Shown: positions 51,161 through 64,000 of the stretch, one piece after another | Layout: each line of letters begins with the position of its first letter | Position numbering within the stretch: position 1 is the first letter of the stretch | Source of the DNA: Marsupella aquatica | Lineage: Eukaryota > Plantae > Marchantiophyta | Assembly: GCA_973895155.1 (NCBI GenBank) | Contig: OZ316892.1 | Span: 3,661,223 to 3,725,222 of the forward strand | Reading direction: 5' to 3' | Length of the DNA: 64,000 nt | The notes under the pieces: generated by a model | Databases searched by the model: none | Told to the model about the DNA's origin: nothing | Seen by the model: only the letters and a program-made list of their open reading frames with translations | Made by a program: the position numbers and the translations under genes

Positions 51161-51909
51161 TACGAGTTGTGCACGTATTTCAGTGTGTCTTATTAATGAC
51201 TCTTATTCAATAAAAACCATAAACTTAGGAAAGAAGTCACAAGGGGAGCTTAAGACAGGATGTGCTGACATTTTTTAGAATCATTCCTCTCACTCATGAG
51301 TATACTTAAAAGTGGTAGAAAATGAAGCCCTTAGTTTCTCTCTAGGACTTAACAAAGTTTACAAATTATACAAATTAAAGGGGTTGCCAAAATAAACTCA
51401 AAACACTATAGAATACCAAAAATTTAAAGGGGTCCAAAAATGAATTAAAAGTCTATGTGATACAAAGGATGCCCCTTGTTAAGGTACATTCAAATAAAAA
51501 TTCTTGATACACAAATATGAATAAGGCAAACCTGAGAGTTGGATTCACCATATAGCAGCTTCAAAAATATTTGCCCACCTAGTTGCCCACCTATTCGCCC
51601 AACTAGTCGCCCAACTTTTCAACTCGGGTCGATTGTTAAATTCTCTTCATGTGTGAGGCCCATTCAAGGCTTGCCACGTGCCCTGAATAATGCACAAAGC
51701 TTTAATTGAGCACGCTGTGTATATTTGAGGAGATTCGCTCAGAAAAGGTAAAGTTTCCGTGGTACCTTCACGTCCTCCCCTTTTTAATTTGGAGGGGTTT
51801 TTTAGCAAGAAAAAAAATTGAATTTACAGTAAAAGGCCACGTGAAGGATGTACTAGCTTGCAGGTCCAACTCATTTGTTTCAGTGAAAAATCATTTCATG
51901 GGATGTTCC

Positions 51910-54900
51910 TGTTAGACTCTACCTTGACCGGACGACCAGACTACCCGGTCACCCTGTTCACACTATATGTACTTCTATTCCAGACTATACTGAAGATGAT
52001 TCACATTCAACTCCAACACGTTATCAGCACGAAAGCTTAACGAGCGGAGAGCGCACAGAGAGGATCGAGAAGTAAAGGGAAAGAAAGGCAGCCCGATGCG
52101 CTAAGGACATCGCAAACAGAAGGCGAAGAAAACTACTACGAAGTCCGAGAGGTTGACAAAGGCTGGCCAAGTGAAATTCAATTACCGCGAAGCAGATAAG
52201 GACACTACGCAAATCGAAGAAAGGAGGAGCGCAAGAAGAACAAACAAATAGCAGATTGAATGATTACCTCAGCTATGGCGAATTGATAAGATAAGGACGC
52301 AGGCGGCATAATGCTTTGCACCTTCGAAGGCAATCGTTGCTTTTAATTGCCTGTGCCTTGCGATTTGCAAGACTTCTGAGGGAAGAAGGTTATGAAGGAG
52401 CCACTTGAGAAAAGCATAGATTCACGTTCTTAAATTTGTTCTACGATTTACAAGGAGCGAGCTAAACGGCGCGTCGCTGACAAAGAAGTAGGACCTTTCG
52501 AAAAACAGAAGGAAGATTAAGAGCGAGCGAGTATTACAGCATTTAAGAGAGCAGGAGCTACCCAGGATCTGGAGTGTAAAACCAGATGTATTCGAGGATG
52601 AATGAAAGAAGCCAACGGAGGATCGACTGAGATCCCAACCAGCGGAGCGCAGGACATGACAAATAGACATGGCGAAACGAGCAATCGAGAGGAGAATTAA
52701 TGACAATGAGAACAGAAGAGAAGAAGAAGACATCGATAATCTCATAAGGATCAAAGAAAGCAGGCAGCATCGCAACCCCATAAAGACAGGCTGAGCGGAA
52801 CAATTGAGAGGAATCCACAAGAGCAGCGAAGCAGGAAAAGTGAGAGACGAGAATTCATAAGGACACCGAAGGTTGTCCTGAAAGGAAAAACGATAAGGAC
52901 AGCAGTCGAGAATTCCCTTCATACAGCCACAGCGAGAGACAAGGTTAAGAAATTGAAATTGAGTACCGACTGCAACGAGGTGAGAGCACTCCCAATTCTT
53001 GAGGCGCAAGGGGAGAATCGAGTAGACACAAGGGATCTGAAGGTCGCGAGAAGAGGCAACCCCAAGGCAGAAAGCGCAACATCAAGGCCCAAAATCATCG
53101 ACAGAACGTCGAAGAAACCTCAACCCGCTAAGTGCAAACTTCCTAACCGCACATAACCGCAAACCCCCTCTAATTGCAATTTCCCTCAAAGCGACCTCAA
53201 TTACAAAGCATAATGTGCATTTAACAGAGCACGAGTAAAGCATCACCCATAACTGCAACCCTAAGTGCACAACCGGATAACTGCACAACTTAACAAAGGA
53301 AAAAATAATACAAAGGAATCCTTGCAGTTATACATTTACACAGAAAACCAACTTAATAAGTGCAAACCCTAAATTCTGAAAAAACCCAAACATTCTTACT
53401 TTACTAGCCCATGACTTAGATTGCTCTCCTCAACCCTCTCTCCACCATTGCATGCGGCAAATGTGCATTGTCTTTTGACCATATATATTATATAAACACG
53501 CACACCACCGCTGCACGCCAGGACCTTAGAGATGACCAACCTCGAGAAACTCAACTTTCCAGCCCTAGAAATCGATGGCGGCAACTACCTAGAATGGTCC
53601 ATGAACCCAAAAGAAAACCTAACCTCGCTAACCCTACTCCCAGCTATAGGGATGGCTCAACCTATACTAGCTGGCGAACCCCAACCAGACCCATTAACTA
53701 AAGCCAACGAATCGAAAGCCCTAGTATTCCTGAGACGCCACATCCATAGATTCCTCCAGAGACAATACATGCACCTTTCGACCCCTTGGGAACTATGGAC
53801 AGCCCTACAGACCCGATTCGACCACCAGAAACTGGTCGAATTACCTAGAGCCAGACAAGACTGGCTCAACCTGTGGGTCCAGGACTTTACCTCAATTTCA
53901 GCCTACAATAGTGAACTCTTCAGAATAACCTCAACCCTCGCACTATGTGGCGAGCCAGTTACGGACAAGGATCTGCTAGAGAAGACCTTGTCGACATTTC
54001 ATTCATCGAATGTGTGGCTATCAACACAGTATCGAAACATGAAGTTCGGGCAATACTCCGAGCTCATAGCCCACCTCCTAGTCACCGAAAGAAACCAAGA
54101 ACTCCTTTTCGTAAACTCTAGAAAACGACCTGCGGGCACAATGCCCTCAGGACAACATAATGAAACCCATAACATAGAAAATGTTGAACCCTCCACATCG
54201 AGGCAAGGCACTAAATACACTAAGAATAGCAACCGGAGAAACACCCACAATAGGGGGAGTTTCTATGACCAACGTCCACAATATAACTCCCAACAAACCT
54301 TTCGAGGACGCGGAGGACGAGATGGACGAGGAGGATGAGGAGGACGAGGCGGACGTGGCGGACGTGGCGGACGTGGCGGACGTGGCGGACGCGGAGGACG
54401 CGGAGGTGGTAGAACATATAACAACAACCGTAGAACCGATAGGTCACAATCCCGACAACAACGGGAACGACCGAAATGCCATGAATGCGGCATGACAAAC
54501 CACCTAGCGAGAAACTGTAGAATCCCGCAACACCTTAGAGACCTATATCAACGGTCCATCTAGGATGGACAAACCTCAAGGCCACCACCCCGTGAAACCC
54601 ACGGGGCATTTATGGAGTCTAGTGACCCATTCCAAGACTTTTCATACCTACCCGCCCAACCCGAGGCACACTTAGTGGCAAGTAGCTCCACTACACCAGA
54701 TTTAAATAGCACAAGCACATGTATTATCGACAGTGCGACCATGCATACTATCCTCAGGGATAGGCACCTTTTCCACAAGATTACACCCTCACATAGATCC
54801 CTGACCACTATAAATGGCCCTAGCCAAATACAAGAAGGCTTTGGCCCAGCTTCCATTAGACTACCGCAGGGTACAGCGATTCACATAGAATCTGCCATTT

Positions 54901-57900
54901 TCGCCCCGAACGCAACCCGTAATCTCCTCAGTTTTAGAGATATACGAGCAAATGAACTACATGTCCAGACGAGCGACACAAGAGACCAGGAAGTGATACA
55001 CTTGGTTGAAAATACCCCTACAGGGAAAATCATTAAAGAAACATTTTTCTCGTATCCTTGCGGGTTTTATGTAACTCATATTGAATGTCTGCATAACAAT
55101 GCCAACACAAGCGAATTGCATGCGCTTTGGCATGCACGCCTCGGCCACCCCGGCCAATCAATGCTAACCAAAATCATTAAGAATTCAAAAGGCATCCCAA
55201 TCAATACACGCCACATTCCAGCGAGCACTCCATGCACTGCATGCTCACGCGGAAAATTAATAACAAGACCCACGGCATCAAAATTGCCAACTAAAATACC
55301 CCAATTCTTGGAAATAATCCATGCAGATGTTTGCGGACCAATTAACCCACCGAGCGGACCATTCCGCTACTTTATGGTATTAATCGACGCATCAACTAAA
55401 TGGTCAAATGTGACACTGCTTTCAACGAGGAACATGGTTATGCCTCGCATTTTGGCGCAAATCTTGCGCGTGAAGGCACAATTCCCAGATCACCCCATAA
55501 AGACATTAAGAGTGGACAATGCAGGGGAATTCACATCCAAAACATTTGACGACTTTTGCACATCACTTGGCATAGACGTACAATATCCTGTACCTCACGT
55601 GCACTTTCAGAATGGATTAGCTGAAGCGGTCATCAAACGCCTTCAGTTAATTGCACGCCCATTACTAATGCAGTCGAAACTCCCCGTCTCAGCATGGGGA
55701 CACGCCATATTATAGGCTAATGCATTAATCCAATACCGCCCATCGACCTTTAATACCTATAGCCCATACCAAATTGCTAATGGTATTAAACCTGACCTAT
55801 CACACCTTCGTTCATTTGGATGTCAAGTAATGGTCCCCATTACTCCACCCAAACGAACCAAGATGGGACCCCAACGACAGTTGCCCAACGATAGTCGGGG
55901 ATATACATCGGATTCGACTCACCGTCCATAATCCGATATATAGAACCTACAACTGGAGACGTTTTTAAAGCCAGATTTCTAGATTGTCATTTTGATGAAC
56001 ATATTTACCCACCATTAATAACCCCTGAACACCCACAACCACCTTTGGAGTGGGAAAGACACTCGCCATTTTGGCAAGACCTTAGAACGAATCAAGGGGA
56101 GAAAGAAGTTCAAAGAATTCTGCAACTCCACAAGATTGTGGAAGAACTTCCTGACGCTTTCGTTGACACATCACAACTTACCCGCTCACATATTCCAGCT
56201 GCGAGAGCATCGGCTCGCATCGAATTATCAAGTGAGCCAGCAAGTACATCCCAACCTCGTGCAAAACGAGGTAGACCCTTGGGATCAAAAGATAAACAAC
56301 CACGAAGGCATGGTTCATCTATACCACCTTCACTTGATGTCGATCATACCGAATCTACATCCCATGAAGAGATCTCTATGCACTACGCACACACAGGTGC
56401 GATGTGGGATAGAAATACTACTTCAATAGATGATGCTTTTGCATTAATGGTGGCAACACATATCACTGATGATACACCCAAACCAATATCTATCTTAGAA
56501 TGCCAAAACAGACCAGATTGGCCTGAATGGCAAAAAGCTATAAATGGAGAATTAGATTCCCTACTCAGTAGACACACTTTTGGCCCAGTCGAGCCAACAC
56601 CACAAGACGTACACCTAATTGGCTACAAGTGGACATTTGTCCGCAAAAGAAATGATAAAGGCCAAGTTGTACGCTATAAAGCACGTCTGGTAGGGAAAGG
56701 ATTTACCCAACAACCGGGAATTCATTACGATGAAACTTACTCACCGGTTATGGATAGCACAACATTCCGATACCTTATCGGATTTGCCATTTTCCATAAA
56801 CTACAAATGCGACAACTGGATGTTGCAACCGCATATCTATATGGAACTTTAGACACTTGTCTATACATGCGATCACCTCCCGAGTTGGAGCAACGTCGCC
56901 GAGCCCTAGCTCAAGGTGCTAAATCGCATATCCCATATTTACATAAGATCATAACACAATTATCTCAAGTTATACCTGATGTGTCATCTACACATATAAC
57001 TCATAATAACGACACCGTTGTGTCAACCGTACGGAATACTCGACGCGGACTAGCTATCCGCGTGTTGAAGGCATTATATGGCCTGAAACAAAGTGGCAGA
57101 GTATGGTATCAAAGATTTACTGATGAAATGATTACCATGGGTTTTTCCCATGATGCCATTACACCATGTTTATTTATTAAACATGTGGATGATGAATATG
57201 TCATCGTTTCTATTTATGTTGATGACTTAAATATATTTGGGACACCCCAACTTACAGAAGATACTATTACCAGGCTTAAATCCACATTTGAGATGAAAGA
57301 CCTTGGACATACAAACTTTTGCTTAGGCTTACAACTAGAGATCCTACCCACTGGCATGATGCTCCATCAGACAACACAAACTGAAAAGATCCTAAAATAG
57401 TTCAATATGAACCTAGCACACCCATTGACATCACCAATGGTTGTACGTTCATTAGAAAACAATACTGATATTTTTCGCAAACGCGAAGAACATGAACCAC
57501 TATTAGGACCAGAAACTCCATATCTTTCTACGATAGGAGCATTAATGTATCTAGCAAATCAGACACGACCAGACATTGCATTTGCAGTTAACTTACTAGC
57601 TAGACATAGTGCAACTCCCACAGCCAAACACTGGAATGGAGTTAAGCACGTATTTAGATATCTACGTGGAACCACCAATACCGGGTTATTTTACCCATTC
57701 GGTGCAAACCACGAGCTCATAGGATATGCGGATGCCGGATATCTCTCCGACACTGATACCGCAAAATCCCAAACTAGATATGTTTTTACCATAGGGGGTA
57801 CCACTTTTTCTTGGAAAAGCGTGAAACAGACCCTAACAGCAACCTCATCGAATCACTCAGAAATCTTAGCTCTACATGAGGCTAGTCGTGAAGCCGTTTG

Positions 57901-58638
57901 GTTACGATCCTTTATAAACCACATCAACACCAAATGCGGCCTACCACCACTAACGAAGCCTACTAACATTTTTGAGGATAACGCAGCATGTATACAGCAG
58001 ATCACAAAAGGATTCATCAAAGGCGATCGCGTGAAGCATATAGCTCCGAAGTTTTTCTACACCCACGAATTACATGGAAAAGAGATCAACATTTTGCATA
58101 TTTCAAGTGCAGACAACTGTGCAGATCTCTTCACCAAATCACTACCACCATCAGTTCATCGCCAACACTGCGAGGCGATTGGACTACGGAGCGTGCGACG
58201 CATGATGACCATGGAGGCTACTGCTCCACATGACACTTGATGATGCTGACAACATGATGCTTACGACCCATTGTTGACACAAATGTTAAACTTAGCTTTA
58301 CGATAACATCTAACTTTATATTGACATTTATTACGACGAGGACTGTTAGACTGCACTCTTTTTCCTTTAGCACTCATATTTTTCTCTGCTACACTGGTAG
58401 AGTTGATAAAGGTTTTTTAACGAGGCAGCCTACCTCGATTGTACTTATATCATGTATTTCCTATCAACATGATATAATAGGTATAGTCTATGTTGTCTAT
58501 ATAGTTGTCACTATATATCCAAAGGGGAGTGTTAGACTCTACCTTGACCGGACGACCGGACTACCCGGTCACCCTGTTCACACTATATGTACTTCTATTC
58601 CAGACTATACTGAAGATGATTCACATTCGACTCCAACA
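51910..58638 (+). mobile_element. Full-length Ty1/copia LTR retrotransposon, Bianca-type, coding region disabled
   Basis: 109-bp LTRs at 51910-52018 and 58530-58638 (2 mismatches). TSD GTTCC at 51905-51909 and 58639-58643. PBS cgttatcagcacga, PPT aaaggggag, gene order gag-PR-INT-RT-RH. Confidence 0.97.
53532..58240 (+). pseudogene. Copia gag-pol polyprotein pseudogene
   Basis: Gag MTNLEKLNFPALEIDGGNYLEW, zinc knuckle CHECGMTNHLARNC, protease DSAT, integrase HHCC plus D-D-E (HADVCGP, RVDNAGEF, NGLAE), RT (YKARLV, LYGLKQSGR, YVDD) and RNase H (YADA, EDN, ADLFTK). Stops at 54336, 54561, 55713 and 57398; a 14-bp duplication at 55870-55897 shifts the frame. Confidence 0.95.
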
Positions 58639-59166
58639 GTTCCAAGTATCTAATTGTTTTTTGGTGTTCCAAGTATCTATTTTGATAAAAGGCCACTTGG
58701 AAACTACAGTAGCAAGAAAATTAAGGATCAGATCAGATCATCCCCATGGATTTTATGAAAAAGATTGAAGAATCAGTTTAGTGAAAACAATTGAGAATAA
58801 TCAAGATAGAATCGCATCTAATTGAACAATGGAGAGGATGGAGTTGCATCATTTTGTTTACAATTGAGCCAACATGCATCCATGCACATGAATATAATGG
58901 ATGAATACTATTGATTAGGCTAAGAGCATGATCTAGGGCCGTACCTCCCCGCACTCTATGGAAAGGCGTTGGGCGAGAAAAAACGAAGAACTCGCTAGTT
59001 TTGGCGGAGCTCAGCCGTTGGCTTTTGTTACTGGTTTTTCTGGAATAGTGTTATTCCTTTGTTAATTGTGGAGCGGGGATATTGGTGTGCAGGTTTTTAC
59101 CTAAGTGATTCAAATTTGATTTTTGGCGGGGTTCAGAGGCTAAACGCAGTTTTGGTGTTTGCCACA

Positions 59167-59452
59167 GTCTTTTGCACGAAGAATGCTCGTTTGAGTAGTC
59201 GGTGTGGTGGTTTTGAAGTTCTGTCACCAATTGGAGTCGTGTCAAGTTTTCCTTGTAATCTGGCTGATTGAGGATTATACTTGAGCGAGTGGAAGATCTG
59301 ATTGGTCGGTTGGAAGGACTGTGGTCTTTTGCACGAAGAATGCTCGTTTGAGAAGTCGGTGTGGTGGTTCTGAAGTTCTGTCACCAATCGGAGTCGTGTC
59401 AAGTTTTCCTTGTAATCTGGCTGATTGAGGATTATACTTGAGCGAGTGGAAG
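59167..59452 (+). repeat. 157-bp-period tandem repeat in the LINE 5' UTR
   Basis: gtcttttgcacgaagaatgctcgtttgag...cttgagcgagtggaag at 59167 and 59324. Confidence 0.88.
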
Positions 59453-59541
59453 GACTGTTGGTGAGCTATGTTCGGTACTACTATTATGGTGGATTCCAAG
59501 GATGGGGTCTGATTTATTTTGTTGAAGTGGGAGATTTTGCG

Positions 59542-61608
59542 ATGGAGCGTAGGTTTGCTCCCCGGGGAAAAGAAGAGTTCATAAGAAACCAATTACGTAG
59601 ACCGAGTCACAGCTACAATCATAGTGAGGGCAGCAGAGAGGATTTTCGTGGAGGACAAGCTAATACAGACTGGAGAGGTAATCCATATTCGGATTTTAGA
59701 GGAAGGGAGAAACGGTCAGGGAGTCCTAAGGAGGAGACCGATTTTATCAAAGCATTGTTGGCTCCAGGGGTGTTTGAACTGTTGAAGAAAAGCTTCTATC
59801 AAGATAAGGTCATCTTATGCTTTGAAGGAGTAGTTAACATTCGTCAAGCGGAAGTGTGGATTGATTTATACAACCTTCAACATTCGCATAGATTGGAAAT
59901 TTTTGAGCCACTTGCCAACGCGCTTTTTGTGGTATCGGTGATTGACGAAGAGTCTGAGAAAACAGTACAGGAGCTTATTTCGTCATCACCTCTAATTCTG
60001 GCTGAATATAGAAGTGATCGCGCAAACCAAGCTAATTTGAGTGCTAAAGCCTTGCTGATTGAGGATCGACAAGTGGCTGTGAACACTTTTCACCCTGATT
60101 TTGACCCAGAAAATCCGATGGATTTTAAGCATTTCATTACTTTTCAGATTGAGAAGGCCAATCACTTATTGTTCATTGTGATTAAGTATCTCTTCTACAA
60201 GCTTGGCAAGGTTACTCGTAAGTTTCAGGGATCAGGGGTGGATCAACATCGAATTATCGTATTGGTGGAAACACAAAAGCGGAAGTGGTCACCCTCGGTG
60301 AGGTTTCAACTCACTGCTACATTGGAAGTTTTGGTCACATTGGAGATAATTGACAAACAACCTCGGTGCCTTTTCTGTTTTTCACCTACACATCTTACGG
60401 AGAGGTGTTTTAAGGGAGGAAGTGGTGGTAGAAGTGGTTATACTAAGAAATATACTGGAGCTGACATCAGAAAAACTGAATCTGGATCTGACACATTTCC
60501 TAGAGATCATACAACAAGTACGGTGCAAGTTCAGGGAAGGGATTTTAATACAGGGATATCATTACAAAGAAAGGGTACATTGGAAAGATCGAGAGACACT
60601 GGTTATCACTCGGTTTCACAAGGGTGTTCTTCGTATCAACAGGAGTGGAATTCAACAGTATCGTCTCCTGGTATCTATTCATTTAGAGATTCGAAGTGTA
60701 GGGTTGATCCAGATTTGGAAAAAGCAAGCTATTGAGCAAGCTTTGACACTTGAACCGGCATATTGTCACAGAAAGAGGGATAAGTTGGAAAAGAAAGATA
60801 AGGGTGAGTGTAAGGAGAATAGTATATCTCCCCTTGGAAACACAGAACAGGTTAGATTTCCTCACAAAATTGAATCGGCTGAACAGGAGAATTTCAACTG
60901 TGCTTCTCCATCTGTTGCCCCCATTCGACTGTCGGGTGGAAAACAGCAGGATCCCAATTTTTTTAACTCAAATAGAGTGGAGGATCGCAAGCAGAAAGTG
61001 TTTTTGCAAGAACAGGAAGTGGCACTACGTCAGTGGAGATTGTTGAAAGAAATTGAAGGGGGAAAAAAGCAAGACCAGTCAACAGGTGAAGAGACTGAAG
61101 TACCGGAGATCTCTTTGGAAGTAGTTACACAAGGGAATCCAAGAGCGAGCTCAAGCCAAGCAGATCTTACTATCCCGGCTGTGAAGGAGATTATTAAATC
61201 ACAAGAGGAGAGTGTTCGATAAAGGTGAAAGAGACTTCTAAGAAGATTTCCAATATCTTAAACCACCTTCAGATTGGGGAGTTGCAAGAACTGTTGTCAT
61301 CTATTGCTGATCGTCTAAAGGGATTGTCTTATCCGTCTGAGAGTAGGTCAGATCATTTGTGTGCAGGTGGGGTACAGAAGACTCCTGTTACTCCTTTATT
61401 GATTCTAAGTCCAGGATTGGAGATTCGAGGATTGGCTAAAAAGAAACGTAAAACAGGAGGTGCTGGTTTTTTGGTGGATCAGAGTAATACATGTAGAGAT
61501 CTTTTTTGTCAGTTAGAAGATTCTTGGCGTGGAGCTCAGGATAGTGGGAAGATCAACCCGGTGATACCAGGGACAGAGTCTCAAAGTATCAGTGATTTGC
61601 AAGTTTAA
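59542..61608 (+). pseudogene. LINE ORF1 (zinc knuckle CLFCFSPTHLTERC), frameshifted and interrupted
   Basis: A CX2CX4HX4C motif, with reading frames 59425-60735, 60350-61222 and 61225-61608 overlapping or abutting directly upstream of ORF2. Confidence 0.75.
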
Positions 61609-61704
61609 ACTTTAAAACCTGGGAGTAGAAGTATGGACTTTTGTGTTTTTTTGGTTAACCTGAAGTATTTGTTCAAATACCGGGTGTTGTTTTTTTTGGT
61701 GGTG

Positions 61705-64000
61705 ATGAAGTTGCATATAGTGTCTCACAATGTGCAAGGCCTTTGTGGAGCAGAGAGAATCTCCAAGGTTAGGCAATTTATTCGTGATTCTCTACCGCAA
61801 ATTGATATATTTTGTGGGCAAGAACACCACCTTCGGTCAGGTCATTTACAATTACTATCATATCAGATTTGGAAAGAGGCTGAATTTTTTTCGTGTCCGG
61901 CTTCGGATGGAGCTATTGCCGCTAGGGATCCAGAGGCTGATTCGGGTAAGGGGGGTCTTTTCATAGCTGTGGGACCTAGAATGAGGTCCTCCATTGTTAA
62001 GGTTGGATTCCTCCCTAGTGGTCGTGGTCAGTGGTGTTCCTTCAAACACCCCAAGCTCGGAACGTTTGGCATTATTAACATATGTGCTCCTACAGGGATT
62101 GATGGAGAGAGAGAACGGGCTAGCCTCTGGGCTGAAATCTTTCAGGAAGTGCAGAATGACTTGGCTTGGATTATTATGGGAGATTTTAATATGATTGAAG
62201 ATATGAATGATCAGATTGGGGGATCTCCTCATGTGGTGGCAGGAAGAGAGAAGAGAACTTGGGATCATCTCAAGAGAAGAATGAAATGGCAGGACACTTT
62301 TAAACGTTTCCTAGGGCAACTTCGATTTTCCTGGTGTAACAAGAGAATGGGAGGAACTCTCGTCTCTGAGAGAATTTATCGTCGTCTGGACAGATGCTAT
62401 GCCCCACCAAGCTCTCCATCTTTTAATTGCTCCTTGGAGTCGAGGATCATTTTGGCTCAATACATGTCAGATCATCATCCGCTGAGCATATGATGTATTT
62501 CTGGAGTGGATCAAATGTGTCCGTTGAGATTCAGGATGAATTGTGCTCATTTTGTTGAGTCAGTGTTTAGGCAACAGATGGTGAACCTTCTAGTGACAGA
62601 GGTGGCAAAGTTGGAGAGAAAGAAAGTTCCACCCGATAAGCTGCTTGAAGGTTGTCTGAAAAGGGCTACTAACTTTGATCGAGCCTGGGGAAAACAGCAA
62701 GCTATGAAAAAAATGGCAAGATAGAAGGAGCTTAGGGCTCAATTAACGATTGCTCAGGTGATATTGGAAGAAGATCCACAAAACACGGTGAGACAAGAAG
62801 TTCTGGTTGAGTGCCAAACTAATTTGAAGATGTTGGAAGATGGGAAGATGAAGTGGTTACAAGAGGCAATGAGAATGAAGTGGAGAACAGATGGAGACCA
62901 GTGTTCGAAGCTGCAATTCAACTCTTTTAAATCAAGGGCGGTGTCTACTGAGCTGAAAGGGCTATACGATGCGGATAAGAATATGCAAAGTGAGTGGGGG
63001 GACATGGCTAAGATAGCTACGGAGTTTTATACTAAGCTGTTGTCATCTAAATACCAACCATCAAAAGCTGAGTTGGAGTGTATTCTAGGTAATGTGCATG
63101 AAAAAATTTCACAGGAAGATAAGCATTCATTGGAAGCGGAATTATCACTGGAAGAGATTTTAGCAGCGACGAAAGCTTTGGGGAAACTCAAAACTCCGGG
63201 GCATGATGGGGTACCGATAGAATTCTTCTTGGCATTCTGGGAGGAATTAGGTCCCTTATTGTTAAAGGCTCTTCAACTCGGGATTGAACAGGGCAGATTC
63301 AGTGACAATTTTCTTAAGGGCTTAATCATTCTATTAAAAAAAAAGGGGATGAATGTTGTATTGAAAATAAGAGGCCCATCTCTTTATTAACAGTGAGTTA
63401 TAAGGTGGGGACGAAAACATTTCAGTTGCGGTTAATCAGGGTATTGGTTAAGATCATATCGGCACAACAATATGCTTATCTTCCGGGGAGGTCGATTCAT
63501 CACACCCTCTTATTAACCAATGAGATGGTGGAGCAGGCCATGAGCGAACCGGAGCCTTATGTATGTCTTAAATTGGATGTGGTAAAAGCATTCGATAGTG
63601 TGGAATGGGTGTTTATTGAAAAAATGTTGGTTAGATTGGGCTTTGGTGATACCTTCCTCAGATTTTTTTGGGCAATAACATAGAATGCTTCTTCAGCAAT
63701 TGTGATTAACGGGAAGGCTTCGACATCTTTTAATATTACCAGATCAGTAAGACAAGGGTGTCCAATCTCTCCATTGTTCTTCATTATTGCAATCCAGGGT
63801 CTGGATAGTCTTTTGACTAAGAAGATTTCTTTGAGCATGTTGGAAGGAGTGAAGTTCGAAAAGGCTGGTTTGCATCTGGCACAGCAATTTTATGCTGATA
63901 ATACGACAGTGATCATTAAAGGAGAGAGAAGGAATATTGAGAGAGCTGTAAAGCAATATTTCAGGTATTTGCTAAGGCATCAGGATTAGAATGTAACTGG
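61705..64000 (+). mobile_element. L1-clade LINE ORF2 (APE endonuclease + reverse transcriptase), degenerate, continues beyond the window
   Basis: APE motifs SHNVQGL, GQEHHL, GDFN, RLDR, SDHHP. RT motifs KTPGHDG, LDVVKAFDSV, RQGCPISP, YADN. Stops at 62491, 62722 and 63681; frameshift at an A-run near 63340. Confidence 0.93.

Noticed and set aside
52422-53009. 195-aa antisense ORF in the copia leader
   Set aside because: Its composition (L/S/F-rich) fits the shadow of a purine-rich sense sequence; no motifs.

Overview
Eukaryotic, intron-rich land-plant nuclear DNA, probably from a bryophyte such as a liverwort (inferred from gene structure, long leaders and receptor type). There are four host genes, all on the minus strand. 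(1) An intronless, bacterial-looking FAD-dependent aromatic monooxygenase (9003-10646). (2) A large DUF789 gene for which I could build a phase-consistent 11-exon model (19004-27339, ~1670 aa) that starts with a spliced ubiquitin-like domain. (3) Nucleolin (33858-38896), whose acidic domain is expanded by tandem exon duplication. (4) An ETR-family ethylene receptor (45512-48525). Mobile DNA includes a full-length but disabled Bianca-type Ty1/copia element (51910-58638, TSD GTTCC) and a 3.6-kb non-autonomous LTR element (285-3917, TSD ACCTT) sharing its half-tRNA-Ile PBS and 3' cis motifs. There is also a 204-bp MITE with an 8-bp TSD nested in a ~1.1-kb degenerate palindrome, a degenerate L1-type LINE running off the right end, and many local tandem duplications. 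All calls come from reading the sequence; no database searches were run.
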